From positions 95,225,916-95,276,562 of the forward strand of contig NC_068987.1 in assembly GCF_001194135.2 (NCBI RefSeq): a DNA stretch of 50,647 nt. Reading direction: 5' to 3'. This stretch comes from Octopus bimaculoides. Taxonomy: Eukaryota. Position numbers and translations under genes: made by a program. Within the stretch, counting starts at the first letter, position 1, and every line of letters begins with the position of its first letter. Positions 1-10,794 of this stretch are shown piece by piece. The notes beneath the pieces were generated by a model, which worked only from the letters and a program-made list of their open reading frames with translations, was not told where the DNA came from and made no database searches.

Positions 1-31
1 TATATATACATACGTATGTATGTGTGTAATA

Positions 32-440
32 GGTGCAAGCTTGGCTGTGGGGGTAAGAAGCTTACTTCCCAGCCACGTGGTTCCGGGTTCAGTCCCATTC
101 TGTAGCGCTTTGGGCAAATGTTTTCTACTATAGCCTCGGGCCGGCTGAAGACTTGGGAGTGGATTTGGTAGACGGAAACTGGAAGAAGTCCGTCGTATAT
201 ACGTATATATATCTATGTGTGTCTCTGTGCATGTGTTTGTTCTTCATCATCACTTGACAACCGGTGTTGGTGTGTTTATGTACCCTAACCTAGCGGTTCG
301 GCAAAAAGGACCGATAGAATAAGTACCAGGCTTTAAAAAAATAAGTTCTGTGGTCGATACATTCGACTAAAAACTTTACAAGGCTGTGCCCCAGCGTGGC
401 CGCAGTCTAATTATTGAAACAAGTAAAAGATAAAAAAAGA
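32..440 (+). mobile_element. tRNA-derived SINE, family A (octopus-type), near full length
   Basis: Head GGTGCAAGCTTGGCTGTGGGGGTAAG, B-box-like GGTTCAGTCCC, CORE-like CTTTGGGCAAATG, internal TA/TG tract, 3' tail CCCCAGCGTGGCCGCAGTC...GAAACAAGTAAAAGA. Colinear with the copy at 13430-13865. Confidence 0.85.
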
Positions 441-486
441 TGTGTGTATGTGTACTTCTAATCCTTAACAGTCCAGTGACGTAGAG

Positions 487-490
<4 letters not shown>

Positions 491-523
<33 letters not shown>

Positions 524-757
524 GCACACACACACACACACACAGAACGAAAGGATCATATATGTGTGCGTATATGTGTGTGTCTATGTGTATGCGTGTT
601 CGTTTGTGTTGATATTATTGCATGTGAATGGGCGCCAGTTGCTGCTAGTTTGTTAGTGAACCATATACACAAAAAAACCACACTCTCACTCTTTCACACA
701 CACACACGCACGCACACACACACACACACACACGCACACATACACACACACACACAG
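491..757. repeat. (CA)n microsatellites
   Basis: Two CA/CACG tracts at about 491-544 and 693-757. Confidence 0.95.
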
Positions 758-1420
758 TTCTATAGTGCTGCATATTTACATCTCCTATTTCGCTTATCTC
801 ATAGAACAATGAGATATGTTTGCGCTTTTTACACATTATATTTATTTGAGACTGACTAAAACTTACACTCACATATTCACACACACATACACTCAGATAC
901 ACACTCCTTGTCTGTCTTTATTCAATTCACACATATACAAATATACATTTTTAGATTTGCGTTCACTCTTTGCATTCTTACAAACATGTAGGAAACCCAC
1001 TAGCTACGCATTAGTTGATCCCTTGAATACACATGTAAGGAAAGCAGTCCAAATTCACTAGCTTCAAGTGTCTCGTATTTGAGACTTTATACTGTTTAAT
1101 GTTCACATCTGAATATGAACACATGACCAGTTTTGGATTCTGTAAATATCTAAATTCATGAACACATATCCAACTTTGAAAATATTTTAATCTATAAACT
1201 CATAACAATCTTAATGTAAATATTATCAATTCACCCAATAAGAGAAAGAATAATTACGTTCTCAGCCTCTAATCATTCTAATAACAGAACAACTGCAGCT
1301 AAACAACATGGAACCAGCAGGAGTGAGGAGCAACATACAGGTGGAGCGCTCCGGTCCATCTCTGAGGAAAGTTTTGCCGAGGAATAATAGTAGATAGTAT
1401 CTTCGGGTACAAAATAACCA

Positions 1421-2940
1421 GCGGTGAAAAAATTTCACAAGCTCATACATAGAAGGAAACTCAGTCTGTAGACAGATCCCCGCCTATTGTTGTCAATTAA
1501 CAGATCGATCCTGCTAAATTATGACTTTAAGATGGAATTTCTACCATCGAAAAAAATTGGGACATGCAGATGGGCTGTCACGATTGATACCTAACTACAA
1601 TGAACCGTTAGAGGGCAGAGTAATAGCGGCATTAAAAACTGAAATCGAAATAAAGATTATACTCTGCAACGTAGTACGCGAACTACCTGTCACTTTAGAG
1701 GAAATAACAATCAAAGCATAGAAGAATGTGCTAATAATAAAAATGAAAAAAAAAAAACAGTGAAGTCAGAAACAAATGCAAAAACTCATGTATACGAGCG
1801 TATCACAGTTACGAAATGGTATTCGATATGTGATGACGTACTTATGTACGCTCAGAGGGTTGTAATACCTGTTACTTTACAAAATCGTATGCTAAAAGAA
1901 TTCTACATGGGACAGCTAGGAATCGCAAGAATGAAAGTACTGATGAGGAGCTACGTTTACTGACCGAATATGGATCAGGATATTGAAAAATTGGTGAAAG
2001 CCTGCAGGGGTTGTACCCTGGCAGCGAAAGCACCACCTATAAAAATTCAGGTTTGCCCGAGACTGACATAACTTGGTCAAGATTATATATAGACTTTGCA
2101 GGACCGTTAAATGGAGGGTATTGTCTAATAGTTGTGGATAGTTACACAGAATGGCCGGAAATATGTAAATGTAGGAAGCCAACCTCCAAAATAACAATAG
2201 AATTTCTGGACGAACTTTTTGAGTGATATGACGTCCCAGACACTATTGTGTCTGATAACGGAACACAGTTCACTTCGAAGGAATTTAAAACCTTTTACAA
2301 AATGCATGCAATGGAGCATATTTCTACTCCGCTATACCATCCGAGATCGAGTGGACTAGCGGAACATTTTGTAGACACGTTGAAGAGGGCGCTGAAAAAA
2401 ATCTAAGAATGAGCTACTAGCTGATACTGCATTGACGCAATTCTTAAGTGTCTACTGAATAACACTTAACTCCAACACCACTTCAAGTATCTCGCCGGTT
2501 GAACTAATGTTCGCCAGGAAAATCAGGTCAGTGTTTGACAAATTACTACCGGGAAGAAAAGGGGAAAATGGAGGGGAACACGGAAAATAAGAAAAAATAC
2601 TTCAAACTCGGTGACAAAGGTTTTTTTTTTTATTAAATATACAGTAATGGAAAGAAAAGTTGGGAAGAAGGAATAAGAAGTAAAAGTTTAGGAAAAATAA
2701 CGTACAAGGTAAAAGGTCATTCATTGGAAGACAAAAGACATTAAAACCAACTGAAAAAAGGTTTATGGAAGAAAGAATAAGACATGAAGAACCAATGGAA
2801 TTTCTTTATGGCATTTTTGAAGTCATAATACCTTAAGGAATAGTTTGAATCAACAAGTACATCGACTCGGAAAATAAAACAAACAGAAATTTTGCAAATA
2901 GAGCCAAAACAAAAAATATATTCCAATTTCTTCCCGGAAA
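1421..2940 (+). pseudogene. Degenerate Ty3/Gypsy pol fragment (RNase H C-terminus plus integrase)
   Basis: Translated across stops and frameshifts: AVKKFHKLIHRRKLSL*TDP, LLNYDFKMEF...KKLGHADGLSRL, zinc-finger region LGIARMKVLMRSYVY*PNMDQDIEKLVKACRGC, WSRLYIDFAGP, LIVVDSYTEWPE, PDTIVSDNGTQFTS, PLYHPRSSGLAEHFVDTLKRAL (D,D35E core). Confidence 0.92.
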
Positions 2941-3026
2941 ATTAAGTAAAAAAAAAAGTGGGAGTGGTGGTATTAAATATATAATAAACAAAAGAAAAAT
3001 ACTAACTTCGAAGGAAAGTCAATCTC

Positions 3027-3273
3027 AAAAAGGGGAGATGTTGTGGTGAAATTCTGACACCCCTGCGGTATAGCAAGTGAACTGTCCTAAAACTTATAAA
3101 GGCGCATGCGTAATGACAGTGCGGGATTCAGTGTGGTGTGTGTAGTCGCATGTGTGAAGGCAGTCGTAGAAATCGTTGAGAAGAGATATGTCTGTTACGT
3201 GTTTGTTACTGATTTAGTTTTTGTATAAAACTGTTACAGTGTAGTCTATAGCCAAACACAAAGATATAATATA
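3027..3273 (+). mobile_element. Polypurine tract and 3' LTR of the Gypsy element
   Basis: AAAAAGGGGAGA (3027-3038) directly followed by TGTTGTGG (TG at 3039), downstream of the integrase. The right boundary is approximate. Confidence 0.7.
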
Positions 3274-4223
3274 TATGCATATATATTTGTATGTACGTAT
3301 ATATCTATGTCTCTATATGTGTGAGTGTGTGTGTGCGTGTATGTATGTATGTATATGAGTGTATGAATATATGCCTACATACGACATATTTCTATTTGGC
3401 CTAAAACATCTTGGACTCTTGAATTTAGGCAGATACCTGCAATTTGCGTTATGGGGATATATTACAAATAAGAGATGCTATAAACAATTTTCACAGAAGC
3501 AGCCGATATCTGTGTTAAAAATTTCTATTTCAGAATCGGACAGCAATTTGCCTCACCTTATTTTCTAATTTATTTTTATCACACCAAATCGAATATTGTA
3601 TCCTTTTATTAGAAATAAAGAAAAAAACAACCAGAAATTTAAAAATACCAGACAAAGTCAGTACAATGTTTAAAATGTCTGCTGACTTGCAAACACTTTC
3701 ATCCTTTCAGCCTAATATAAAAATATTAAAACAAAATAAAATAAAATATAACTTATCCTTTAACATAAAAGAAAAGCCATAAAGAATTCTATCAATGAAC
3801 ATGACCATAAAAAGTAAAGACAAAATGAATTATAAACACGAACCATGAACATGAAAATCTCAAACAGTCACAGAAAAACAGATTTTTTTCTTTTTTTGTA
3901 TTTAAATACGATATTCTTTTGGTGAGCACATAGAATATTCATTTATGTTATTGATTTTTACCACCCCAAATATTAAAATTTAATACATTGGCGAAAACAT
4001 ATAACAAATTTATTGGTGTAAATAAATAAAAACTTTCATAGGCACATACATATGTAAATACACTAGAAACACAACGCATATATGGCACAAACACACACAC
4101 ACACGCGCACACAAATATGCATTCATCTATTCACATATTAATTCAAATATATAAAATGAATGACGACGGTACAAACATGCATCATACATGCATGCTTACA
4201 GACTGACAGCCGCACTCACACAC

Positions 4224-4226
<3 letters not shown>

Positions 4227-4300
<74 letters not shown>
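4227..4300. repeat. (TA)n microsatellite
   Basis: Pure TA tract. Confidence 0.95.
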
Positions 4301-4305
<5 letters not shown>

Positions 4306-4436
4306 GTTTAGCGGTACTCACAGTTATATCAGTTGTTATCATTCTGCTTTTCTTTGTCTATGTCTATAAATATAGGAGAGTTTACTGTGCTTTTTTTTAA
4401 TTTAGATCTCGCTATGCAAATACTCCTCTTTTACAG

Positions 4437-4588
4437 GCAGAGCTTCCATTTTAACACACATAATCGTCAGCCATGAATATTCTATCTCGACCATTATGTA
4501 TTTACTCTCGGCTATATTGATGTCGGCTATGCACTTGTTTGTATCAAAGAGATATGTCAAAACATGCGTCAACAGCAACATAAAATGA
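4437..4588 (+). CDS. Candidate terminal exon of an unknown membrane protein (speculative)
   Basis: Acceptor CTCCTCTTTTACAG ending at 4436. Phase-1 frame gives (G)RASILTHIIVSHEYSISTIMYLLSAILMSAMHLFVSKRYVKTCVNSNIK* with a hydrophobic helix. AATAAA at 4619 and 4623. No homology recognised. Confidence 0.25.
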
Positions 4589-5740
4589 AAGATGAACAAT
4601 TACATCAAAAACTGTAGCAATAAATAAAAACCAACATAAATACAGAGTACGAAATTGAATGCGTCTGAAATGATTTCTGAAGAGTATTTCTGTAGATTAA
4701 AAATGTTATAGGTTCAGTGTACAAAGGCAATCAAATAAGGATCGGTTTTGTGCGTGACTGTGTCCATGTGTTCACGCTTGTGTTTATGCGCATGTGTGTG
4801 TATATGTACGTATGTGCGTAAATGCAAGCATGAGAAAATGTACTGATTACACATAATTGAATTACTTTTTCGCCTTTCGACAAAGACTATAGGTTCTCAA
4901 GCAATTCACTAAGATTTACTATGCCGCCCTTTGGATCCTAAGATCATGTGCAAAAGCAAAAATAAATAAAACTATAGTTTTGTGGGCTGATGTTTTCACC
5001 AGCAACACACCAAAAGCTAAATAGAATTACAATACTCTCTTTGAAGGATCATTTGTACCACCGAATCAGCGCTTTCTACTAACAGCACATGGAAATGGAA
5101 AGACACGTATGAAAACACTAGTATCTGTTGGAAGAGCTGAATAAAGCACAGATATTTAAGAACGGATCAATTCTGTAACCTCTGACTTACAGTAATTCTC
5201 CACGTCATTCTCCATATTAAAAAAATCGCAATTAAAAGGGCGAATTGATTTCAACTTACACGGGGTATATAAATTATTTTGAATTTGGAAATACCCAGCG
5301 GACAACATCCAATTACTGCTGTCGTTCTCTTACTTTCCAACTTCGCAGTATCTTACTTAATGATTTTGTGAAGTGTTGCATTCTGAACGCCTGTCTTTAT
5401 TGTGTTTTCTGTAAGAACACATAAAACATTAGAACTGATAATCAACATTCCAAACGTATTTCAAGAAAAAATATTTATTTTTTATCATTTCTTTTTTACT
5501 GTTGTAAAATATTGAATGTGAAATGTGTTAGTGGTGGGTTGTTAACGTATGAAAATTATTTGAATTTTTAAAGAGCCCTGTCTCTTTTAGACAAAGATTC
5601 ATCTCTGTACAAAAAATTTAGAGATTTTTCCAATGAAGTTGCAGCTAGCCAAAACATCAGAGTTGTATCCGGAACTAAACGTAAAACTTAAAACAATAAT
5701 TTTCACTTATAATATTTTCTTACTGCCATAAAATACTAAT

Positions 5741-5771
<31 letters not shown>

Positions 5772-5787
5772 TTATTATTATTATTAT

Positions 5788-5849
<62 letters not shown>
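5741..5849. repeat. Compound trinucleotide microsatellite (CTT)n(ATT)n(AGT)n
   Basis: Seen directly; abuts the R4/Dong fragment. Confidence 0.95.
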
Positions 5850-6330
5850 TTCACTGTGGAACTGACCATGTAATTCCATACGGAGTAGGGTTTCATCTCT
5901 CTCGTTGGTAGTTCTTCTTCGAAAGTCATGAGCACTCTCATTTTTGGTAACTCCTGCATTAGCAGCATATTGTAGCAGGTCTTCTTTGCTGTTTACCAAA
6001 TAGTTTGCCATATTTCTTCTTTCACTCTTGATACTCTCCCGTACGCTAATCAGCCCACGTCCAACCTTACCTCTCTTCATGTAGAGCTTGTGTACATTTG
6101 CCTTAGGGTGGAAGGCACCATACATTGTCATGGTCTTTCAGGTAGTGCACTCGAGCTGGTCAATCTCTGCTTGTGTCCATCTCAGGTTGGATGTACTATA
6201 GTGGACTACAGCAACAACCTATATGTTGAAAGCAGTCAGAATGTTCCTTGAGTTGAGCTTCGATTTCATGAGAAGTTTGAGGCGCTTGAAATATGCAGAG
6301 GTGACCTTGTCTTTCATTTCTCTGTGGATT
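5850..6330 (-). mobile_element. R4/Dong-like non-LTR retrotransposon fragment (RT thumb region)
   Basis: KVTSAYFKRLKLLMKSKLNSRNILTAFN...WTQAEIDQLE...MTMYGAFHPKANVHKLYMKRGKVGRGL...LHGQF, the characteristic R4/Dong post-RT motif series. Confidence 0.85.
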
Positions 6331-6459
6331 ACTAGGGCTCCAAGGTTGTGGCCGAGACGGTTGTTATGCAGGCATTGCAGATTTCCGATATAGCAGATAT
6401 ATAATTGTTAAAGAGGACAACAAACGTTAAGGCAAGGTAAACATCTCAAGTCATATGCA

Positions 6460-7010
6460 TTATTATTATTGGAAAAGAATTCAAAGTCTTACAGCTGTTT
6501 CGGAGATATCACAGAGAATGGGATATTCCGTCATCAGAGAGAAATAGGGAAAATGAGAAGCGTATAGATTAATGAAATGACGACTTAGAGGACAGGCGTA
6601 TAGGAATAAGGAGATGAAGAGAGAGAAGAAAAAAGAAGCATAAATGTTCACAGTTCAACTTCCCGATGTTGTAGAAATAAGTGCATAAGGTTTGAGGTGC
6701 AATCCTGTGTAGATCCATGTAGGTTAATGTCCTGATATTGTAAACGTCCAGAAAAAAGACGCGAACTTCTCAACGTTCAACAACAGAACAGTTGCGGAGG
6801 TGGTTATTAAGTGGTAAAAGGAAGGAAAAGTAAATAAATAGGAAGAGAGGTAGTTAGAGTGAGGGGGGAGGAAGTTGAAGATTGGTATAAGGATAAAATA
6901 AGGTATATAAACATATAGTGTCTAAGAATACGGTGCAGAAGGGTAGCCGAGATGATAAGAGAGAGGATGAGGAGGAGGTAGAGGAAGAAAACGTGAATAA
7001 ATAAATAAAT
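6460..7010 (-). mobile_element. Penelope-like element 3' terminal remnant
   Basis: Carries a hammerhead fold at its 3' end. Upstream on the minus strand, weak GIY-YIG C-terminal-like peptide RSSRLFSGRLQYQDIN and a pyrimidine-rich UTR. Confidence 0.5.
6487..6540 (-). ncRNA. Type I minimal hammerhead ribozyme (HHR-A)
   Basis: Minus strand: UCU CUGAUGA C GGAAUAUC-ccauucucugu-GAUAUCUCC GAAA CAGCUG UA AGA. Stem I UCU/AGA, palindromic stem III ACAGCUGU, GUA cleavage triplet (cut between 6490 and 6489). Confidence 0.8.
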
Positions 7011-7399
7011 AATAATATGTATATATTACTTGATATTGAATTAATTTAATGCGCCTTTCTGTTATATATAATAAATTTGAGTTAATACTTTTCAAAACTC
7101 GATGACGAATCTCTGGAACAGCTTTAAAATCCTTCGGAAGCTGTTTTACATCGAGGCCATATTTCTGTCAGAATAATCACTCGACAGTGCTGACATAACT
7201 GGCATTTTTCATTCTCAATTCCATGATTTGATTGCGCTTCATGGTGGTGTGTACCTGAAGGCTACTGACCAAAGGTTGTGCAGCAAATTACTATCAACCT
7301 CTTATAAAATGTCGGTACAAACACATTGCTAAAAACCCCAAAACCTGAACACTCTTATAAATATACGTACGCATGCACCAAAACTCAATTATATAGTCA

Positions 7400-7428
7400 C
7401 ATATATGTATATATGTATATATGTATAT

Positions 7429-7505
<77 letters not shown>

Positions 7506-7610
7506 TATACATATATATATGTATGTATACGCAGACAAACATATATATATATATATATATATATACTCATAGGTATCTTTATATATATATCATAGCTATG
7601 TATATGTATA
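7400..7610. repeat. (TA)n microsatellite array
   Basis: Long TA tracts with TG/CA interruptions. Confidence 0.95.
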
Positions 7611-7978
7611 TACCTATGCGTGTGAATATGTGTGCGTGTATGTGTGTATGTGGGCATGGCTGTGTGGTAGGCTCGCCATACGAATTTAGCAATTAAATTA
7701 TAAAAGCGAAACTACATTTGGCATCTTCTACTTCTCAGATTCACGAATTATGGATTGATCGTCTTGCTATGCCACTTGCCTTCAGCTATTAAATAATTTG
7801 CTTCACTTAGCTTCCTGGCTTCGTAGATTCTCAGAACTATTTCCAATATTGCAACAGGTTAGATAGAGTGGGAAGTGCTGTGTAATTTTCTATGTATTCA
7901 CACATCTAATAATTCTCATTTATACACCCGCTTATTTTTCGGTGGATATTTATCTTTCGTCATTATATCTTACATTAA

Positions 7979-7982
<4 letters not shown>

Positions 7983-8066
<84 letters not shown>
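7983..8066. repeat. (CT)n microsatellite
   Basis: Pure CT tract. Confidence 0.95.
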
Positions 8067-8069
<3 letters not shown>

Positions 8070-8429
8070 CTTCTCTCTCTCTCTACCTCTCTTTCCCTCT
8101 CGCTCTTTATTCCACTCTCTCCTTCTCGTCGCTCTCTCCCAGACTTCACGTCTCTATTTCTTGTTGATACTTCACACTCTTTTTCTCCCTAACTCCCGTA
8201 TATGTTACAGTGTGTGTGTGCGCGCGCGTGCGTGTCCTGGTATACATAATGAGGCTATTAAATCCATATTGTGTTTCTACGCAGATATCCCAGTGTTTAC
8301 CATCATGATTTCATATTTACTTTCTGATATTAAAGCTAGATTATGTTTCTATTTTTGACGACTCAGGTAACCTGTCTTTCGAGAGATAGGTGCGGGATAT
8401 TTAACACACCTTCAGTTATGATACTTCTT

Positions 8430-8570
8430 TCTCTTCAACGCACAAAGCCTGGAAATTTAGGGCCAGGATTTAGTCGATTCCATCGACCCCAGTAGCCAAC
8501 TGGTACTGCTTTCATCGACCCTGAAAGGATGAAAAGCAAAGTCGACCATAGAAGAATTCGAACTCAGACC
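8430..8570 (-). mobile_element. SINE family B (Meta/Sauria-SINE-like core), 5'-truncated
   Basis: Reverse complement gives CTGAGTTCGAATTC...GTCGACTTTGCTTTTCATCCTTTCAGGGTCGATGAAAGCAGTACCAG, matching the other family B copies. Confidence 0.8.
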
Positions 8571-8604
8571 CTAAATTACAACAACAATAATAATAATGAT
8601 GATG

Positions 8605-8752
8605 ATGATTTTTCGCACAAGGCCAGTAATTTCATGAGAGGCGGGAAGTCATTTACATCGAACCGGTATACAACTGCTACTTATTTCGTTGACCCCCGAA
8701 TGGATGAAAGGCAAAGGCGACCCCAAAGGAATTTAAACTCAGAAGCTAAACG
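8605..8752 (-). mobile_element. SINE family B, second tandem copy
   Basis: Reverse complement gives CTGAGTTTAAATTCC...GTCGCCTTTGCCTTTCATCCATTCGGGGGTCAACGAAATAAGTAGCAG, tailed by (ATC)n(ATT)n. Confidence 0.75.
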
Positions 8753-8989
8753 AAAACAACAAAAGCAACAACAACAATAATGATCCTTTTTGCTATAAGC
8801 GCACAAGTTACTGTATGGATGGCACATTTCATTTTTGTCCAGTGACTCTTCACTCCTTTTTCAGAGACGAATTCCCGGCCTCAGATACATTGTATGTATA
8901 TATAGGGATGTTAATGTATATGTGTGTGCATGTGTATCTGCGTGTGTGTGTGTGCGTGTGTGTGTGTGTGTGTATGCGTGTGTGTGTAT

Positions 8990-9300
8990 GCTAAGGGCAT
9001 TGCATTCGGCTTACGATCGTAAGGTTGTGAGTTCAAATCCCGGTACGCGTTATGTCCTTGAGCAAGACATTTTATTTCACGTTGCTCCAGTCCATTCAGC
9101 TTGTAAACATGAGTAGGACCTGTATTTCAAAATGGTCCAGCCTTGTCACATTCTGTGTCACGCTGAACTTCCCAGTAAACTACTTTAAGGGTACACGTGT
9201 CAGTGGAGTGCTCAGGCACTTCCAAGTTAATTTCACGAGCAAGCTGTTCCGTTGATCGGATCAACTGGGACCTTCGTCGTCGTAACTGACGGAGTACCAG
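8990..9300 (+). mobile_element. tRNA-derived SINE family C with CORE-like domain
   Basis: B box GTTCAAATCC at 9031-9040, then TGTCCTTGAGCAAGACA...CAGTCCATTCAGCTTGTAAACATGAG (MIR-CORE-like), and a unique 3' region ending GACGGAGTACCAG. Confidence 0.8.
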
Positions 9301-9418
9301 TATATATATATATATATATATTGATAGAAAAGGTAATACAACAAAAGAAAGAAAGAGACCTCGATATTATGTAAATAGAGGAATTTATCGGTAAATAATA
9401 TGTGACAATTATTCGGTA

Positions 9419-9488
9419 GCCATGATAAAACTCCGAGTTTCGGATGCCGAGGCGGAAACCCACGCCGCCATCTCTTCAGTTATCTGGC
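9419..9488 (-). ncRNA. Type I hammerhead ribozyme (HHR-B) in the PLE 3' region
   Basis: Minus strand: GCCAGAUAA CUGAAGA GAUG-GCGGCGUGGGUUUCCGCCUCGG-CAUC C GAAA CUC G GAG UU UUAUC A UGGC. Stem I 9 bp with one A bulge, GC-rich stem II, stem III ACUC/GAGU, GUU triplet (cut between 9429 and 9428). Confidence 0.82.
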
Positions 9489-10552
9489 CATGGAAGAATT
9501 CTATGAAAATGATCGTTAAACAAAGAGAAATTACTGTGTGGTTGACCGTTATTAAGACAAAAGGGCTATTTGAATGACCGCTAAGTGAGGGGAGAGAGTA
9601 AAGGTAAGGGAGTAAAAATGTCCATAGTATTCGCGTAAGCGCACCAGTTCATACATACACATGCGCATGTAAAAAGTATATAAAACAATATCTCTATAAA
9701 TATGTAAAAAAAATATAAAAACATATATAAGAAATATAAGTAAAAAGTATAGAGGGATAAAACGCTTGTACATAGACACAAAATAGAAAGCATTTAGGCA
9801 TGTGTCGGGGTCAAAGCTGCCTTTCCAAATGAGCCATCTTTCCATATCACAAAGACCGCACTTTCCGCTGCCGTTTGTGTAGGGTTTACACTTGGCTAAG
9901 ATATTCCAATGGATGTTGTAACTGACACCTTTATCTTTTAAGGACCATATATGACTGGATAACTTGGTCGTTTTTCCTTTTATCCCAGTGCCTGAAGCTC
10001 AAGGTGTGATTTTTGAATCTGGCCTTGAAATTACCGTCTGTAAGGCGCACGTATTTCTTCGTCGAAACTGTGTCCTTAGTGGATATAGAGTCCACGGTGG
10101 CCCCATAGATGACGGTCTCGGACATGCAGGCTCCATTTAGCGGGCACAAATTTTTATCCCTGCATGAACAGCTAGTTTTATATTGTGGTTTTTGTGTGTT
10201 GTGTGCGGTTATATTTTTAAAATAAGTAGTTGAGCTAAAGCTGATCTTTAAGTTATATCTGTTGAAAATCTTTCTGTAACTATGGTTGACTGGAAAATGT
10301 TTATCTATCAGTGCTAAGAAATACTTGCCTATATTAAAGGTCACTTCGGGTGAGTAGTGGTGTGTGAACCAGATAGTTTTCCTATTCCTATGTTTCCTTT
10401 TCTTTATTACTGGATTGGTGGCAGGTGTATAGGTTATTTCCTCGTTAAAACCACTATCTTTTAGAGCCTTATTATATACTAGGGCAACGCTATTAAAAAT
10501 GTCCCTATCGGAGGAGTGGCTAGAAATTCTTTTGCTAATGTTTTTAACTAAA

Positions 10553-10726
10553 TTTTTAAACACTATGGGGGATGGCAGGAACCCACATTGGTATAACTAA
10601 GTCTATCGTTGGGCTAGTTGTATCCTTAGATCTAAATAAAAATATTTATAGACCTTATAGGAAGCCCAACGATAGACTTCGTTATATCAATGTAGGTTCC
10701 TGCCATCTCCCCATAATGTTTAAGAA
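10553..10726. repeat. Inverted repeat (about 63-bp arms at 10553-10615 and 10663-10726, 47-nt spacer)
   Basis: The left arm's reverse complement AGCCCAACGATAGACTTAGTTATACCAATGTGGGTTCCTGCCATC matches the right arm AGCCCAACGATAGACTTCGTTATATCAATGTAGGTTCCTGCCATC. The plus strand encodes the PLE RT peptide LDLNKNIYRPYRKPNDRLRYINVGS. Confidence 0.9.
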
Positions 10727-10794
10727 CTACAGACATAATTTTACAACTAATAACTGCAATGAGTTGGTCGATGATGGTAATGATTATTATGATC

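Larger units (their letters stand above)
9321..10727 (-). mobile_element. 5'-truncated Penelope-like element (RT thumb, GIY-YIG endonuclease, 3' UTR with hammerhead, inverted 5' junction)
   Basis: ORF 9931-10563: NISKRISSHSS...YNKALKDSGF, RKTIWF, KIFNRYNLKISFS, CSCRDKNLCPLNGAC, VIYGATV...KYVRLT..FKARFKNH. Continues after a frameshift as WNILAKCKPYTNGSGKCGLCDMERWLI. Confidence 0.9.

Noticed and set aside
5591-5691. Possible exon after TCTCTTTTAG (DKDSSLYKKFRDFSNEVAASQNIRVVSGTKRKT*)
   Set aside because: Two frames are open, there is no good donor and no recognisable homology, so support is insufficient.
8990-9060. tRNA gene (B box GTTCAAATCC)
   Set aside because: No cloverleaf could be completed, and the sequence continues into a SINE body. 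The same applies to the other SINE heads.
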